Shown here piece after piece: positions 1 through 12,700 of a DNA stretch of 64,000 nt (positions are counted from its first letter, which is position 1; the number at the start of each line of letters is the position of its first letter). Source of the DNA: Fimbriosthenelais zetlandica. Lineage: Eukaryota. Location: positions 10,540,001-10,604,000 of the forward strand of contig OZ365115.1 in assembly GCA_977030845.1 (NCBI GenBank). Direction: 5' to 3'. The translations under genes were made by a program, and so were the position numbers. The notes below the pieces were generated by a model. The model was not told the origin of the DNA. It made no database searches and worked only from the letters and a program-made list of their open reading frames with translations.

Positions 1-219
1 CAGCTAGAAACCTATGTCTAGAAACTATTATCGTAAGATCTTATGACACTGCTAATGGTGATAGTTAAATAAGTGTTTGAATGTCTCCCCAGCCAAGGTA
101 TTGACAACCATGATGGGCAAAAACGTTATGTGTAATTATTTGTAAGCATATATACATAATATTATATTATATTATATTATATAATATTATCACTAAAATT
201 TATTAACAAATTAACTTAC

Positions 220-3200
220 CAGGATCGTGATTAGTGTCAAAATTAGCCAGTAACCTGACTATACTGACAGGTTGGCTCCAGGAGTTTTCTCTTGCCAATT
301 CCACAAGAAACTCGTTCACATCTGGGCTCTGGATTTCTACAGATTCTGCCCACATACCAATTTCGTAACAGCCCTTCACATAATAGGTGTTTGGGTCCAC
401 ATAGTAACAGTAATCTCCATAGCCAATCCAATCATCAGAACAATTAAACCGCTGGGCTTTTTCATATTTATCTACAAATGGTGAGACAGCTCTTTACATC
501 TGACTTACATTAATGTATAAGGCTAAGACGTGGCATTTCTCCTGTATCGATCTCATGATCGATTAAAAAATAATGATATTCAATTCAGTCCTACGATTAT
601 CATTAGAGTAATTTTACTTTAAGGATTATCATTCAAGCTATATATGCCTACATACTTACAGGCGGGAGCCTTGCATATGAATGTTTCGACTTCACCATAG
701 CCGATATTACATGCTACATCACTCCAGTTCCCATTACTATCCATTATCACACATCCTAAGTCCTTGTGTGAAAGAGAATACTCAATTTGTGAAGAAACTC
801 CAACTTTGGCCCAGACTTACATGTTTATACTCATGAGACACTTAAATTGTTTTGCCGCCATCTTGGATTCCATGATCTTTGAAACTAGTTAGGCTAAAAT
901 CGTAATTCAAATATATTGTTTAGGAACCGGTATGCAAAAGCTTGAAACTTATATACCTTATCATTGCCAGGGCTTCCATATGCCCAGTTGCTGTATGTCA
1001 AAGAGTCTCCATTAGGCCACACGTATTCCAAACCTGAAGGTGTAGACATGCTCTGACGATCATTTCATATTTAGGCTACTTCATATATATATAATTAAGG
1101 AAGGTATGTGTAATAAGAGGTTGGTGGGGACTCAGTTTACAGAAATTAAAAGAAAGGTCCATTCAGGCCTATAATTGTTCTTCATTCCTCTGACTTTCCC
1201 CTTTGAAAATCTAAGAATATTAAGGAAGTTGTTTTAACATATTGATAATCTTACTTCTTTGATTGAGGAATGCTCCAATCCATGTTCTGTAGTTGCCAGT
1301 CATCATGCGTTTTATTAGGTTATTCTCTTCCTCATCGTAGATTGTGACCAGAGTACTGTTGATGCCTACACCCCTACAGTAAGCTTCAGCTTCCCGGCTG
1401 CTCCTTAACCTGCCCCCAACATACATCCTACCATAGCAGTTATCACCGAACATTACCCAGTCAGGCTGGCATCGACCTTAATGAGAGAAAAAAGTTACAA
1501 AAAAGGGGATAATTGGAACTAATAAAATACCCATCCAGAACCAGCTTGAATTTGAAGTTGGTATTTGTCACTCAAATAACTAGGGCCGACCCCTCCATTT
1601 CTACAATACTGGATCTACCCCTGCGACATATCGTACACCTTACAAAAAGGTTAGAATCTGATATGAGCTGACTCGATACAAGAAAAATCAGATGGTTGAG
1701 TCATCATAGGGTTTCTTTCGATCCAAATGGAAATAAAGTAGTTTACGGTTTTCTGGTGTCGACCTGTTCAGGTATACTCGTTCAAACAAACTGTTTTCAG
1801 CATTGTCTGCTGCGATGTAGCAGGTGTACTCTCCAAAATCAGACCAGTCCACACCACTTATCCTCAACATAGATCTAAAGGTGTAATAAAATGATTACAT
1901 CGAGCTAAAATATTCAAAAGAGAGATGCAATAATTATTTTGCTATTGCATTATAGGATTTTGTTAATTTACTTCTATCCCGAATACTTTAGGCAAAAGAA
2001 ACTCCTCAATTCATAACAAGGTACTAGTTTATAAATATCCTTCGTGTTAAAAAATCATGTTAATATTAACTTGTAGAATGGGAAAAAAATCTTTCAAATA
2101 GTTCAATTATTGCCTAGCCTATATATATAAACTTTAAAATTGTAAAAGAAACTGTAATGGCACCCTACAACCCATCAATATTTGATAGTGTTCATTAGGT
2201 TTGGCCTACCTCACGTAATACATGTCTTCTCCATAGAGCTCAACACTCATCCAACTGGGAGCATCCACGGTTCGGTTATTAACAAAGAGAGTCTCGTGAT
2301 ATCCTTGCGTTGTAACCCGTGACCATATTATGCTTGTTTCGTCTTGGCGGTGGTAATAAGTGTAGGCTGAACAATCAAAGTATGCATCTTCGTTGACAGC
2401 CTTTGTCAAGCTCTGTGGTATAGTTCTCCAGTAGATTGGTCCCCCAGGACCTGCAGTTAGGAAGGTTAGACTTTAACTCTTTAAATTCTTAAAATTTAAT
2501 TTCCAAAAATTTCAAGGACCAGATAATCATGAGGAAAGGGGTCATTGATATATGTAACGCTTCGTTCTAGAAGTTGACACCCCCTGCAATACAATAATGC
2601 AATGTTTTACCATTTTGGATGTAAAGCAATGTGTTCTGATGTCAACAGGGGTACAAAATGGAAAAAAGGAACATTTCACAGTAATAAATACAAAGTCCGC
2701 ATCATGCATAATTATTATGCCTGCATGTATGGTCAGTATAATACCCGTCACACAGAAAGGATGATCCGCGCGGGAAACGTCCCATATTCATACAGGGAAT
2801 GGAAATTGGCATTCAACTTTAAATTTAGTCAAGATAGAGGAAGGAATTTGCTACACTTTGGTGAAAAAACCTTTTCAAAATTCCAAGTAGAAGTGAAGAT
2901 GCAGCCTTCCAAAGTTGGCAAGGCAGAAATTTGGGAGAAGCGCTGATTACCCTGAGTATGGCAATTTCTCACCAGAAATATTAGTTTTATACCACTAATC
3001 CCCTTTATTCCAGAAATTATATAATGACACAATTCTTTGATTGTTTTCTTAATCTTTATCCGATTTTTATGAAGTAAACTTTATTTAGGAGATAGGATCA
3101 ACCTTTATAAAAGCATATACACTTTGATTAATGATTCCCCATAAAGCCGTTGCCATAGAAACGGAAAATTCGAATGATATCTATTTTGCCCAAATACAGG

Positions 3201-5991
3201 TAACCAAAAAACAATGATTAAAAATTAATTTTTTGACCAAAATAATATTTTCATTGTATTAAGGGTAAAAAATTATGAAATGTGTATTTTGACAATTTTT
3301 GAACTTTAAATTTAATTTTTTTAATTTTTTGGCCCAAATATTAGACCAAAAAGGGTCGAATTTTCATTATTTTTTCTGAAATTCTCCTATATTCGAACCG
3401 ACATAACTTCTTCCATATGTTAGGCATTGATATAATAGTTACATCGCTGGATTCAGTGAAAGAAGTTTAAAACAGTGATACCCCACATTTGAATCAAAGA
3501 ATACACATTAATATTCATCTGAAGTGTCAAATAATGGTCAAAATGGCTATTTTAAAGGTTGGCTCACTGCCTGAGAACCTCTAGCACTGTCACTCCCATA
3601 GGGATTGGCATTTGAGAGTTATGAATTCATAGACCTCTCAGCACTAAAAATCTCATATCTCAGCAACCAATAGGAATTTTTGAGAAATTCTTTCGATTTC
3701 TGGTTCTCCTGAACCTACTTATCAACAGTCGATACAAAAACCAACATCGGAAATTTGACCCCGGATCATCCTTTCTGTGTGACGGGTCATATATTTTACC
3801 TTCTGTTGTCCATTCTGGCCCGTCAGAATCTATAAGCCTGGCACTGTCATTCAAGCTGTTATGTCCATTGATGGCCTCAATCTCACATATGTATTCTCCA
3901 AAGTCAGAGCTGTTTACACCATTTATATACAGGTACGATCTATAACATATTCAAAGACAGTCACAAACAGGTTCATACTGAAATCTGAAATGTATCAAAT
4001 GACCGGTTGCAATTCGTCCAATGTAACCAAAGGTTAGTTTCCAAAACATCAGGGAATATCAGACCTTTCATGTCAATTATAATGTGATCAGCCTTAAGTG
4101 TTAGTTCAAAATCTATATAATCCTCAAACCATAATGAGCTGTGGACGGTTTTGTTCTTTATACAATGCAAAGAAATATCTCACTGAAAGTAATTATAATC
4201 ATATCCATAGATGCTGACGTCCATCCAGTGTGGGGCATCCTCACGTTGATCATTGGTAAACAGTTTCTCAGTTCTTGAGTCAATCTGCCTTGTCCATGTT
4301 ATGGTTACCTGGTCATTTGGGTGGTAATTGGTGTAAGCTGAACAATAAAATGCTACCCTAACATTAACTGATGCTCTAACATCCTGAGGCCTAAATTTCC
4401 AGGAAATTGGCCCACTTGGACCTGAAACAAGTGCAATAATTAATAAATTGTCCTTTTAATGTTAACAAATAATTCTGAGGGGCACACAATGGAAAAAAGA
4501 GGTAAATTTCACAGTAATAATCACCAAGTCTGCATCATCTGCCTGGTCAGTATATTTTACCTTCTGTTGTCCATTCTGGCCCGTCAGAATCTATAAGTCT
4601 GGCACTGTCATTCAGGCTGTTATGTCCATTGATGGCCTCAATCTCACATATGTATTCTCCAAAGTCAGAGCTGTTTACACCATTTATATACAGGTACGAT
4701 CTATAACATATTCAAAGACAGTCACAAACAGGTTCATACTGAAATCATCAGGGAATATCAGACCTTTCATGTCAATTATAACGTGATCAGCCTTAAGTGT
4801 TAGTTCAAAATCTATATAATCCTCAAACCATAATGAGCTGTGGACGGGTTTTGTTCTTTACAATGCAAAGAAATAACTCACAGAAAGTAAAAATAATCAT
4901 GTCCCCCGATGAGGACGTCCATCCAGTGTGGAGCATCCTCACGTTGATCATTGGTAAACAGTTTCTCAGTTCTTGAGTCAATCTGTCTGGACCATGTTAT
5001 GGTTACCTGGTCATTTGGGTGGTAATTGGTGTAAGCTGAACAATCAAATTTTACCCTAGCATTAACTGATGCTCTAACATCTTGAGGCCTATATCTCCAA
5101 GAAATTTCCCTCCTGGAAAGTCTGGCACTGGCATTCAAGCTGTTATGTCCATTGATGGCCTCAATCTCACATATGTATTTTCCAAAGTCAGAACTTTTCA
5201 CGCCATTAATATCCAACCTTAATCTAGAAAAGAATCACTTGCATAAGTACAAGCACTGTATATTGTAATTGTGATTAATACGCATTCACGTTTTTTACAT
5301 TAAAATGGAACTGCACTTCCTCACCCAAAGTACCAAAAATCATATCCATAGAAGCTGACAGTCATCCAGTTTGGGGCTTCCTCACGTTGACCATTAGTAA
5401 ACAGTTTCTCGGTTCTTGAGCCAATCTGTCTGAACCATGTTATGTTCACATGCTCTTTTTGGTGGTCAGGGGTATAAGCTGAACATTCAAAAAAGGCATC
5501 ACCCTCAACTGATGCTATGAAATTATAGGGTATGGATCTCCAAGAAAGTGGTCCACCAGGACCTAAGAAAGTAAAACACGTTTAAATAGTTTTTTTTTCT
5601 TTTCCGTCAATACTAAACCAGCTGACTGAATTATACTGAATTCGTGCATGAAGCTATGAATAATAAAATTGGATCTTTACCGTCTGTAGCACTACTATTT
5701 CCTGTCCATTCTGGGAGGGCAGTTGTCCACCAGGCACGCTCTGGATTAGAATTCCGCAACTCTTGTGAATTACTCACTTTTCCATTTTCACTCTCGGACC
5801 TTGTGTGTTCAATTGCTGAAACACAATGAAAACGGTCCTTTACTAAGTCATTATATAGAAAACAAACGCAGTATGTTTAGATCCCAAATAACCGTAATGA
5901 GTGACACTCACTGTATTACCAGAAAATAAATCAATTGATATAATTTACCCGAAACCAGCAAGATGAGTAGACAAGCAGCTCCTGGACCCAT
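220..5991 (-). CDS. Secreted 4xIg + 2xC-type lectin protein, copy A (last exon lies left of the window)
   Basis: GT-AG exons with consistent phases: 5949-5991 (signal MGPGAACLLILLVS), 5681-5815, 5325-5562, 4882-5223 (fused), 4561-4700, 4184-4421, 3800-3939, 2210-2450, 1747-1874, 1255-1476, 957-1033, 660-762, 220-471. Ig hallmarks F.CSAY..ITW and DFG.Y.C.I. Lectin hallmarks C.PDW..FGDNCY, W.NGDSLTYSNW, GCV...GNWSDVAC...FICK. Confidence 0.88.
2741..3789. mobile_element. Non-autonomous DNA transposon (MITE-like, about 1.05 kb)
   Basis: Perfect 26-bp terminal inverted repeats ACCCGTCACACAGAAAGGATGATCCG at 2743-2768 and 3762-3787. An empty paralogous site at 4545-4561 (ggtcagtatattttacc) implies a 4-bp AT-rich target duplication. 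AT-rich interior, no transposase ORF. Confidence 0.85.
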
Positions 5992-6048
5992 GTCAAGTCT
6001 ACAACAAATGGCCTTTCACTTTCAGTCAGACAACTGAAACTACGCCAG

Positions 6049-6055
6049 TTATATA
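6049..6055 (-). promoter_or_regulatory. Candidate TATA box of copy A (equivalent at 12823-12829 in copy B)
   Basis: TATATAA on the minus strand about 60 nt upstream of the ATG, conserved in both copies; no transcript evidence. Confidence 0.35.
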
Positions 6056-6645
6056 GCTTGATGTGTAATCTTGCCATGTACATCTGTCAGCTTTCACAAA
6101 CATATTTTAGTCGTTATGCCTAAATTCGTGTTCCGATTAGCACTATAGGAGATTGTAGTATAATGTGATTGGAAGGGACTTGAATTATTCATTTGTGTGT
6201 TCTGTAATCTCAACATCGGAACAGTTTCACAAGAGACATAAAGATATAATTGTACTGGAGCACATAGCATGATTATTAGTTATAGAGTTAAGGCTATGGG
6301 CTAAACCGTTTTCAATGAACCAGACCCCAGCTATTCATGGGAACTGAACAGCCATTTAAGAGGTGGTCAGCATACAGGGAACGCCTTCATTTCGATAACA
6401 CTGGCGGATGGCAAGTTGATATGATATGGAAGGCTAAAGATTATTATTTTGTGTTAAGGCCTAGACGCCTAGGTGGATGTCGGGCTAGGGTTATGGTTAT
6501 AACAATTTAATATCCGTATATTTCACCTCCGCTTTCCTATTCATTTACCTTGTTACTAAATTACGTATACACGATTTAGGGTCTTTGTAATAGTATTCCA
6601 ATCATTGCTTAAACTAAAGCTGAATGGATGACATTTGAGATTAAA

Positions 6646-6651
6646 TTTATT
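6646..6651 (-). terminator. Candidate poly(A) signal of copy B
   Basis: AATAAA on the minus strand about 110 nt after the stop at 6764. Confidence 0.45.
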
Positions 6652-6763
6652 ATGTATGTGGATATGTGTATTGGGGTTGCAACCCTGGTTCACATAATAT
6701 GCTTCCAGTATCGATCATTAAATGATCATTAAATGAATGCAGAAAAAGTCATGTCTTGAGCTG

Positions 6764-9700
6764 TTATTGCTCATCTGAGACCCAGGATGGGCGCCGACAC
6801 ATCGTGCCCATACCGGCGCCGGCTGAGAGTACCGGCCGCCAGGTGCCCGTGGCGAGGTCTAGGTCGATACCACGGACATTGTCCCTCATGTCCACATCCT
6901 CACCAGCTGGGAAGTTCTTATATTGGAAGAAGTCATAGCTAGCGTCCCACCGCCAATCTAGTAAATAACAAGATGTATATATGTTAATAATAAGTATCTT
7001 TTGGGTGCAATTTTTCACTTCCATGTGGATGATCAGGGGTCAGTGTTCTGCTGGCAGTGTGTTAGTGACAGTGTACTGGGGGTATTCTGTTGGCGGTGTA
7101 CTGGGGACAGTGTTCTGTTGGCAGTGCACAGTTCAAATGCCTTGACATTTAATTGGAGTGATTGCAGTCTAATTCTTATGCTTTTACCAGCTAGAAACCT
7201 ATGTCTAGAAACTATTATCGTAAGATCTTATGACACTGCTATTGGTGATAGTTAAATAAGTGTTTGAATGTCTCCCCAGCCAAGGTATTGACAACCATGA
7301 TGGGCAAAAACGTTATGTGTAATTATTTGTAAGCATATACATAATATTATATTATATTATATAATATTATCACTAAAATTTATTAACAAATTAACTTACC
7401 AGGATCGTGATTAGTGTCAAAATTAGCCAGTAACCTGACTACACTGACAGGTTGGCTCCAGGAGTTTTCTCTTGCCAATTCCACAAGAAACTCGTTCACA
7501 TCTGGGCTCTGGATTTCTACAGATTCTGCCCACATACCAATTTCGTAACAGCCCTTCACATAATAGGTGTTTGGGTCCACATAGTAACAGTAATCTCCAT
7601 AGCCAATCCAATCATCAGAACAATTAAACCGCTGGGCTTTTTCATATTTATCTACAAATGGTGAGACAGCTCTTTACATCTGACTTACATTAATGTATAA
7701 GGCTAAGACGTGGCATTTCTCCTGTATCGATCTCATGATCGATTAAAAAATAATGATATTCAATTCAGTTCTACGGTAATCATTAGAGTAATTTTACTTT
7801 AAGGATTATCATTCAAGCTATATATGCCTACATACTTACAGGCGGGAGCCTTGCATATGAATGTTTCGACTTCACCATAGCCGATATTACATGCTACATC
7901 ACTCCAGTTCCCATTACTATCCATTATCACACATCCTAAGTCCTTGTGTCAAGGAGAATACTCAATTTGTGAAGAAACTCCAACTTTGGCCCAGACTTAC
8001 ATGTTTATACTCATGAGACACTTAAATTGTTTTGCCGCCATCTTGGATTTCATGATCTTTGAAACTAGTTAGGCTAAAATCGTAATTCAAATATATTGCT
8101 TAGGAACCGGTATGCAAAAGCTTGAAACTGATATATAGGCTAAAATCGTAATTTAAAATTCAAATATATTGTTTAGGAACCGGTATGCAAAAGCTTGAAA
8201 CTTATATATATTATATACCTTATCATTGCCAGGGCTTCCATATGCCCAGTTGCTGTATGTCAAAGAGTCTCCATTAGGCCACACGTATTCCAAACCTGAA
8301 GGTGTAGACATGCTCTGACGGTCATTTCATATTTAGGCTACTTCATATATAATATAGTTAAGGAAGGTATGTGTAATTAGAGGTTGGTGGGGACTCAGTT
8401 TACAGAAATTAAAAAAAAGGTCCATTCAGGCCTATAATTGTTCTTCATTCCTCTGACTTTCCCCTTTGAAAATCTAAGAATATTAAGGAAGTTGTGTTAA
8501 CTTTTTTTTAAATCTTACTACTTTGGTTGAGGAATGCTCCAATCCATGTTCTGTAGTTGCCAGTCATCATGCGTTTTATTAGGTTATTCTCTTCCTCATC
8601 GTAGATTGTGACCAGAGTACTGTTGATGCCTACACCCCTACAGTAAGCTTCAGCTTCCCGGCTGCTCCTTAACCTGCCCCCAACATACATCCTACCATAG
8701 CAGTTATCACCGAACATTACCCAGTCAGGCTGGCATCGACCTTAATGAGAGAATCCTACACTAAGTCTCACCTCTACATGTCACTTTTGTGACGCAGATC
8801 TCTTTTTAAGTCTTCCCATGATGCCCCAATCATTCATAATTTTAATATTTGTATCGTATCACCTCACCTCTCCTCACTTCACCACAAACCCCCCGACCCC
8901 ACACTGACACCCCCGCCCCCTGGGAGGTTTAACCAAAGGGGAGTGGGGGCGGGGGGGGGGAGGGTTACAAAAAAGGGGAGAATTGCAACTGATAAAATAC
9001 CCATCCTTCCAGAACCTTCTTGAACTTGAAGTTGGTTCTATGTCACTGAAATAACTAGGGCTGACCCCTCCATTTCTACAATCCTGGATCTACCCCTGCG
9101 ACATATCGTACACCATACAAACAGGTGAATCTGATATGAGCTGACTCGATACAAGAAAAATCAGATGGTTGAGTCATCATAGGGTTTCTTTCGATCCAAA
9201 TGGAAATAAAGTAGTTTACGGTTTTCTGGTGTCGACCTGTTCAGGTAAACTCGTTCAAACAAACTGTTTTCAGCATTGTCTGCTGCGATGTAGCAGGTGT
9301 ACTCTCCAAAATCAGACCAGTCCACACCACTAATCCTCAACATAGATCTAAAGGTGTAATAAAATGATTACATCGAGCTAAAATATTCAAAAGAGAGATG
9401 CAATAATTATTTTGCTATTGCATTATAGGATTTTGTTAATTTACTTCTATCCCGAATACTTTAGGCAAAAGAAACTCCTCAATTCATAACAAGGTACTAG
9501 TTTATAAATATCCTTCGTGTTAAAAAATCATTTTAATATTAACTTGTAGATTGGGAAAAAAATCTTTCAAATAGTTACATTATTGCCTAGCCTATATATA
9601 TAAACTTTAAAATTGTAAAAGAAAATGTAATGGTACCCTACAACCCATCAATATTTGATAGTGTTCATTAGGTTTGGCCTACCTCACGTAATACATGTCT

Positions 9701-12700
9701 TCTCCATAGAGCTCAACACTCATCCAACTGGGAGCATCCACGGTTCGGTTATTAACAAAGAGAGTCTCATGATATCCTTGCGTTGTAACCCGTGACCATA
9801 TTATGCTTGTTTCGTCTTGGCGGTGGTAATAAGTGTAGGCTGAACAATCAAAGTATGCATATTCGTTGACAGCCTTTGTCAAGCTCTGTGGTATAGTTCT
9901 CCAGTAGATTGGTCCCCCAGGACCTGCAGTTAGGAAGGTTAAACTTTAACTCTTTAAATCCTTAAAATTTTATTTTCAATAATTTCAAGGACCTGATGAG
10001 GAAAGGGGTCATTGAAATATGTAACGCATTTTTTCTACTTATAAGTTGACACCCCCTGCAATACAATAATGCAATGTTTTACCATTTGGGGCGTAAAGCA
10101 ATGATGTATGCCCCGATACAATGACCACACAATGTTATTTTTTAATGGACCCAAACTTTGTGTTCTGATGTGAACAGTAATCCTAGAAGATTTGTTTCGT
10201 CTATTATTCAATGCTTCAAATTACATATTATATGTGGGAGCCTGCACGAGAATTTTACCTTCTGTTGTCCATTCTGGCCCGTCAGATTCAATAAGTCTGG
10301 CACTGTCATTCAAGCTGTTATGTCCATTGATTGCCTCAATCTCACATATGTATTCTCCAAAGTCAGTGTTGTTCACACTTTTTATTTGCAAGATTGATCT
10401 AGAAATATGTAATGATAATATTAAATAAATCTTGAACAGGTACATCTGGGGTTCCCTTATTAATTGAGAGGTGTACTTATTAATTGAGAGGTCTAATTAA
10501 AAAGTTTAAACGACTGATAAAATCAACCTAAACCTTCTAAAAAGATCTAAAAATGTAAGCAGTGGTCTTGATCTGTTCTTTAAAATGTAACTCATAGTAA
10601 ACTCACAGAAAGTAAGAATAATCATATCCCCCGATGGTGGCATTCATCCAGTGTGGGGCATCCTCACGTCGATCATTGGTAAACAGTTTCTCGGTTCTTG
10701 AGCCAATCTGCCTTGTCCATGTTATTGTTACCTGGTCATTTGGGTGGTAATAGGTGTAAGCTGCACAATCAAATTTTACCCTATCATTGACTGATGCTTT
10801 GACATCTTGAGGCCCATAGTACCAATAAATTGGCCCACTTGGATCTGAAACAAGTGCCATAATTAATACATTATAAATTGTCCTTTTAATGTTAACCACT
10901 TATTCTGAGGGATATTAAATGTATAAAAGAAGACCTGTAAATTTCACAGTGATAATCACCAAGTCTCTATTATCTGCCTGTATGGTCAGTATTTTACCTT
11001 CTGTTGTCCATTCTGGCCCGTCATATTCTATAAGTATGGCACTGTAATTCAAGCTGTTATGCGCATTGCGGGCCTCAATCTCACATATGTATTCTCCAAA
11101 GTCAGAGCTGTTTACTCTTTGTATATACAAGTACGATCTAGAACATATTCAATGACAGTCACGAACAGGAGATAACAGGTTCATACTGAAATCTGAATTT
11201 TTTACAATGACCGGTGGCACTTCGTCCAATGTAACCAAAGGTTCAGGGAATATCAGGCCTGTTCTTTATAATGCAAAGAAATAACTCACTCAAAGTAAGA
11301 ATAATCACGTCCATAGATGCTGGCGTCCATCCAATGTGGAGCATCCTCACGACGGTCATTGGTAAACAGTTTCTCAGTTCTTGAGTCAATCTGTCTGGAC
11401 CATGTTATGGTTACCTGGTCATTTGGGTGGTAATACGTGTAAGCTGAACAATCAAATGTTACCCAATCATTAACTGATGCTCTAACATCTTGAGGCCTAT
11501 ATCTCCAAGAAATGTCCCCACTTGGATCTGAAACAAACTAGTGCAATAATTAATCAATTTTCCTTTTAACGTTAACAACTAATCCTAGGGGTATAAAATG
11601 GAAAAAAGAATGTCAATTTCACAGTGATAATCACAAAGTCTGCATCATATTATGCCTACATGTATGGACAGTATATATTTTACCTTCTGTTGTCCATTCT
11701 GGCCCGTCAGATTCAATAAGTCTGGCACTGTCATTCAAGCTGTTATGTCCATTGATGGCCTCAACCTCACATATGTATTCTCCAAAATCAGAGCTGCTCA
11801 CGCCATTAATATTCAACATTGATCTAGAAAAGAATCACTTGCATAAGTACAAGAACTGTATTTATATTGAAATTGTGAGCAAAAAGTCAATTCGATATTA
11901 TATTCGACTAATATGCACGCATTAACATGGAACTGCACTTCCTCACCCAAAGTAATAATAATCATATCCATAGAAGCTGACGGTCATCCAGTATGGGGCT
12001 TCCTCACGTTGACTGTTAGTGAACAGTTTCTCGGTTCTTGAGCCAATCTGTCTGAACCATGTTATGTTCACATGCTCTTTTTGGTGGTCAGGGGTATAAG
12101 CTGAACATTCAAAATAAACATAATCCTGAACTGATGCTCTGACGTCATAGGGTCTGTATCTCCAAGAAAGTGATCCACCAGGACCTAAAAAAGTAAAACA
12201 CGTTTAATATTTTATTCTTTCTTTTCCCGTCAATACTAAATCAGTTGACTGAATTAGTGATTTCGTACATGAAGTTATGAATAATAAAATTGGATCTTTA
12301 CCGTCTGTAGCACTACTATTTTCTGTCCATTCTGGGACGGCAGTTGTCCACCAGGCACGCTCTGGATTAGAATTCTTCAACTCTTGTGAATTACTCACTT
12401 GTCCATTTTCACTCTCGGACCTTGTATGTTCTATAGCTGAAAATGTCACCATTCGTGAAAACAATTGCAAAATATAAGATATTCGTTACATTGAAATGTT
12501 CAAAGCAATGCTGCACCAACAATAGGCCGCATTATTGTTTGATGTTCAGTGGATCCTCTTACATAGCAATCTAAACACTATCGACAGACACACAATGAAA
12601 ACGGTCCTTTTACTAAGTCATTATATAGAAAACACACGCAGTAATCTAGATCCCAAATAACCGTAATGAGTGAAACTCACTGTATTACCAGAAAATAAAT

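Noticed and set aside
10455-10492. Short tandem duplications (also ~8070-8200, ~21912-21950, ~37748-37800, ~60924-60972)
   Set aside because: Ordinary slippage duplications in introns with no further structure.
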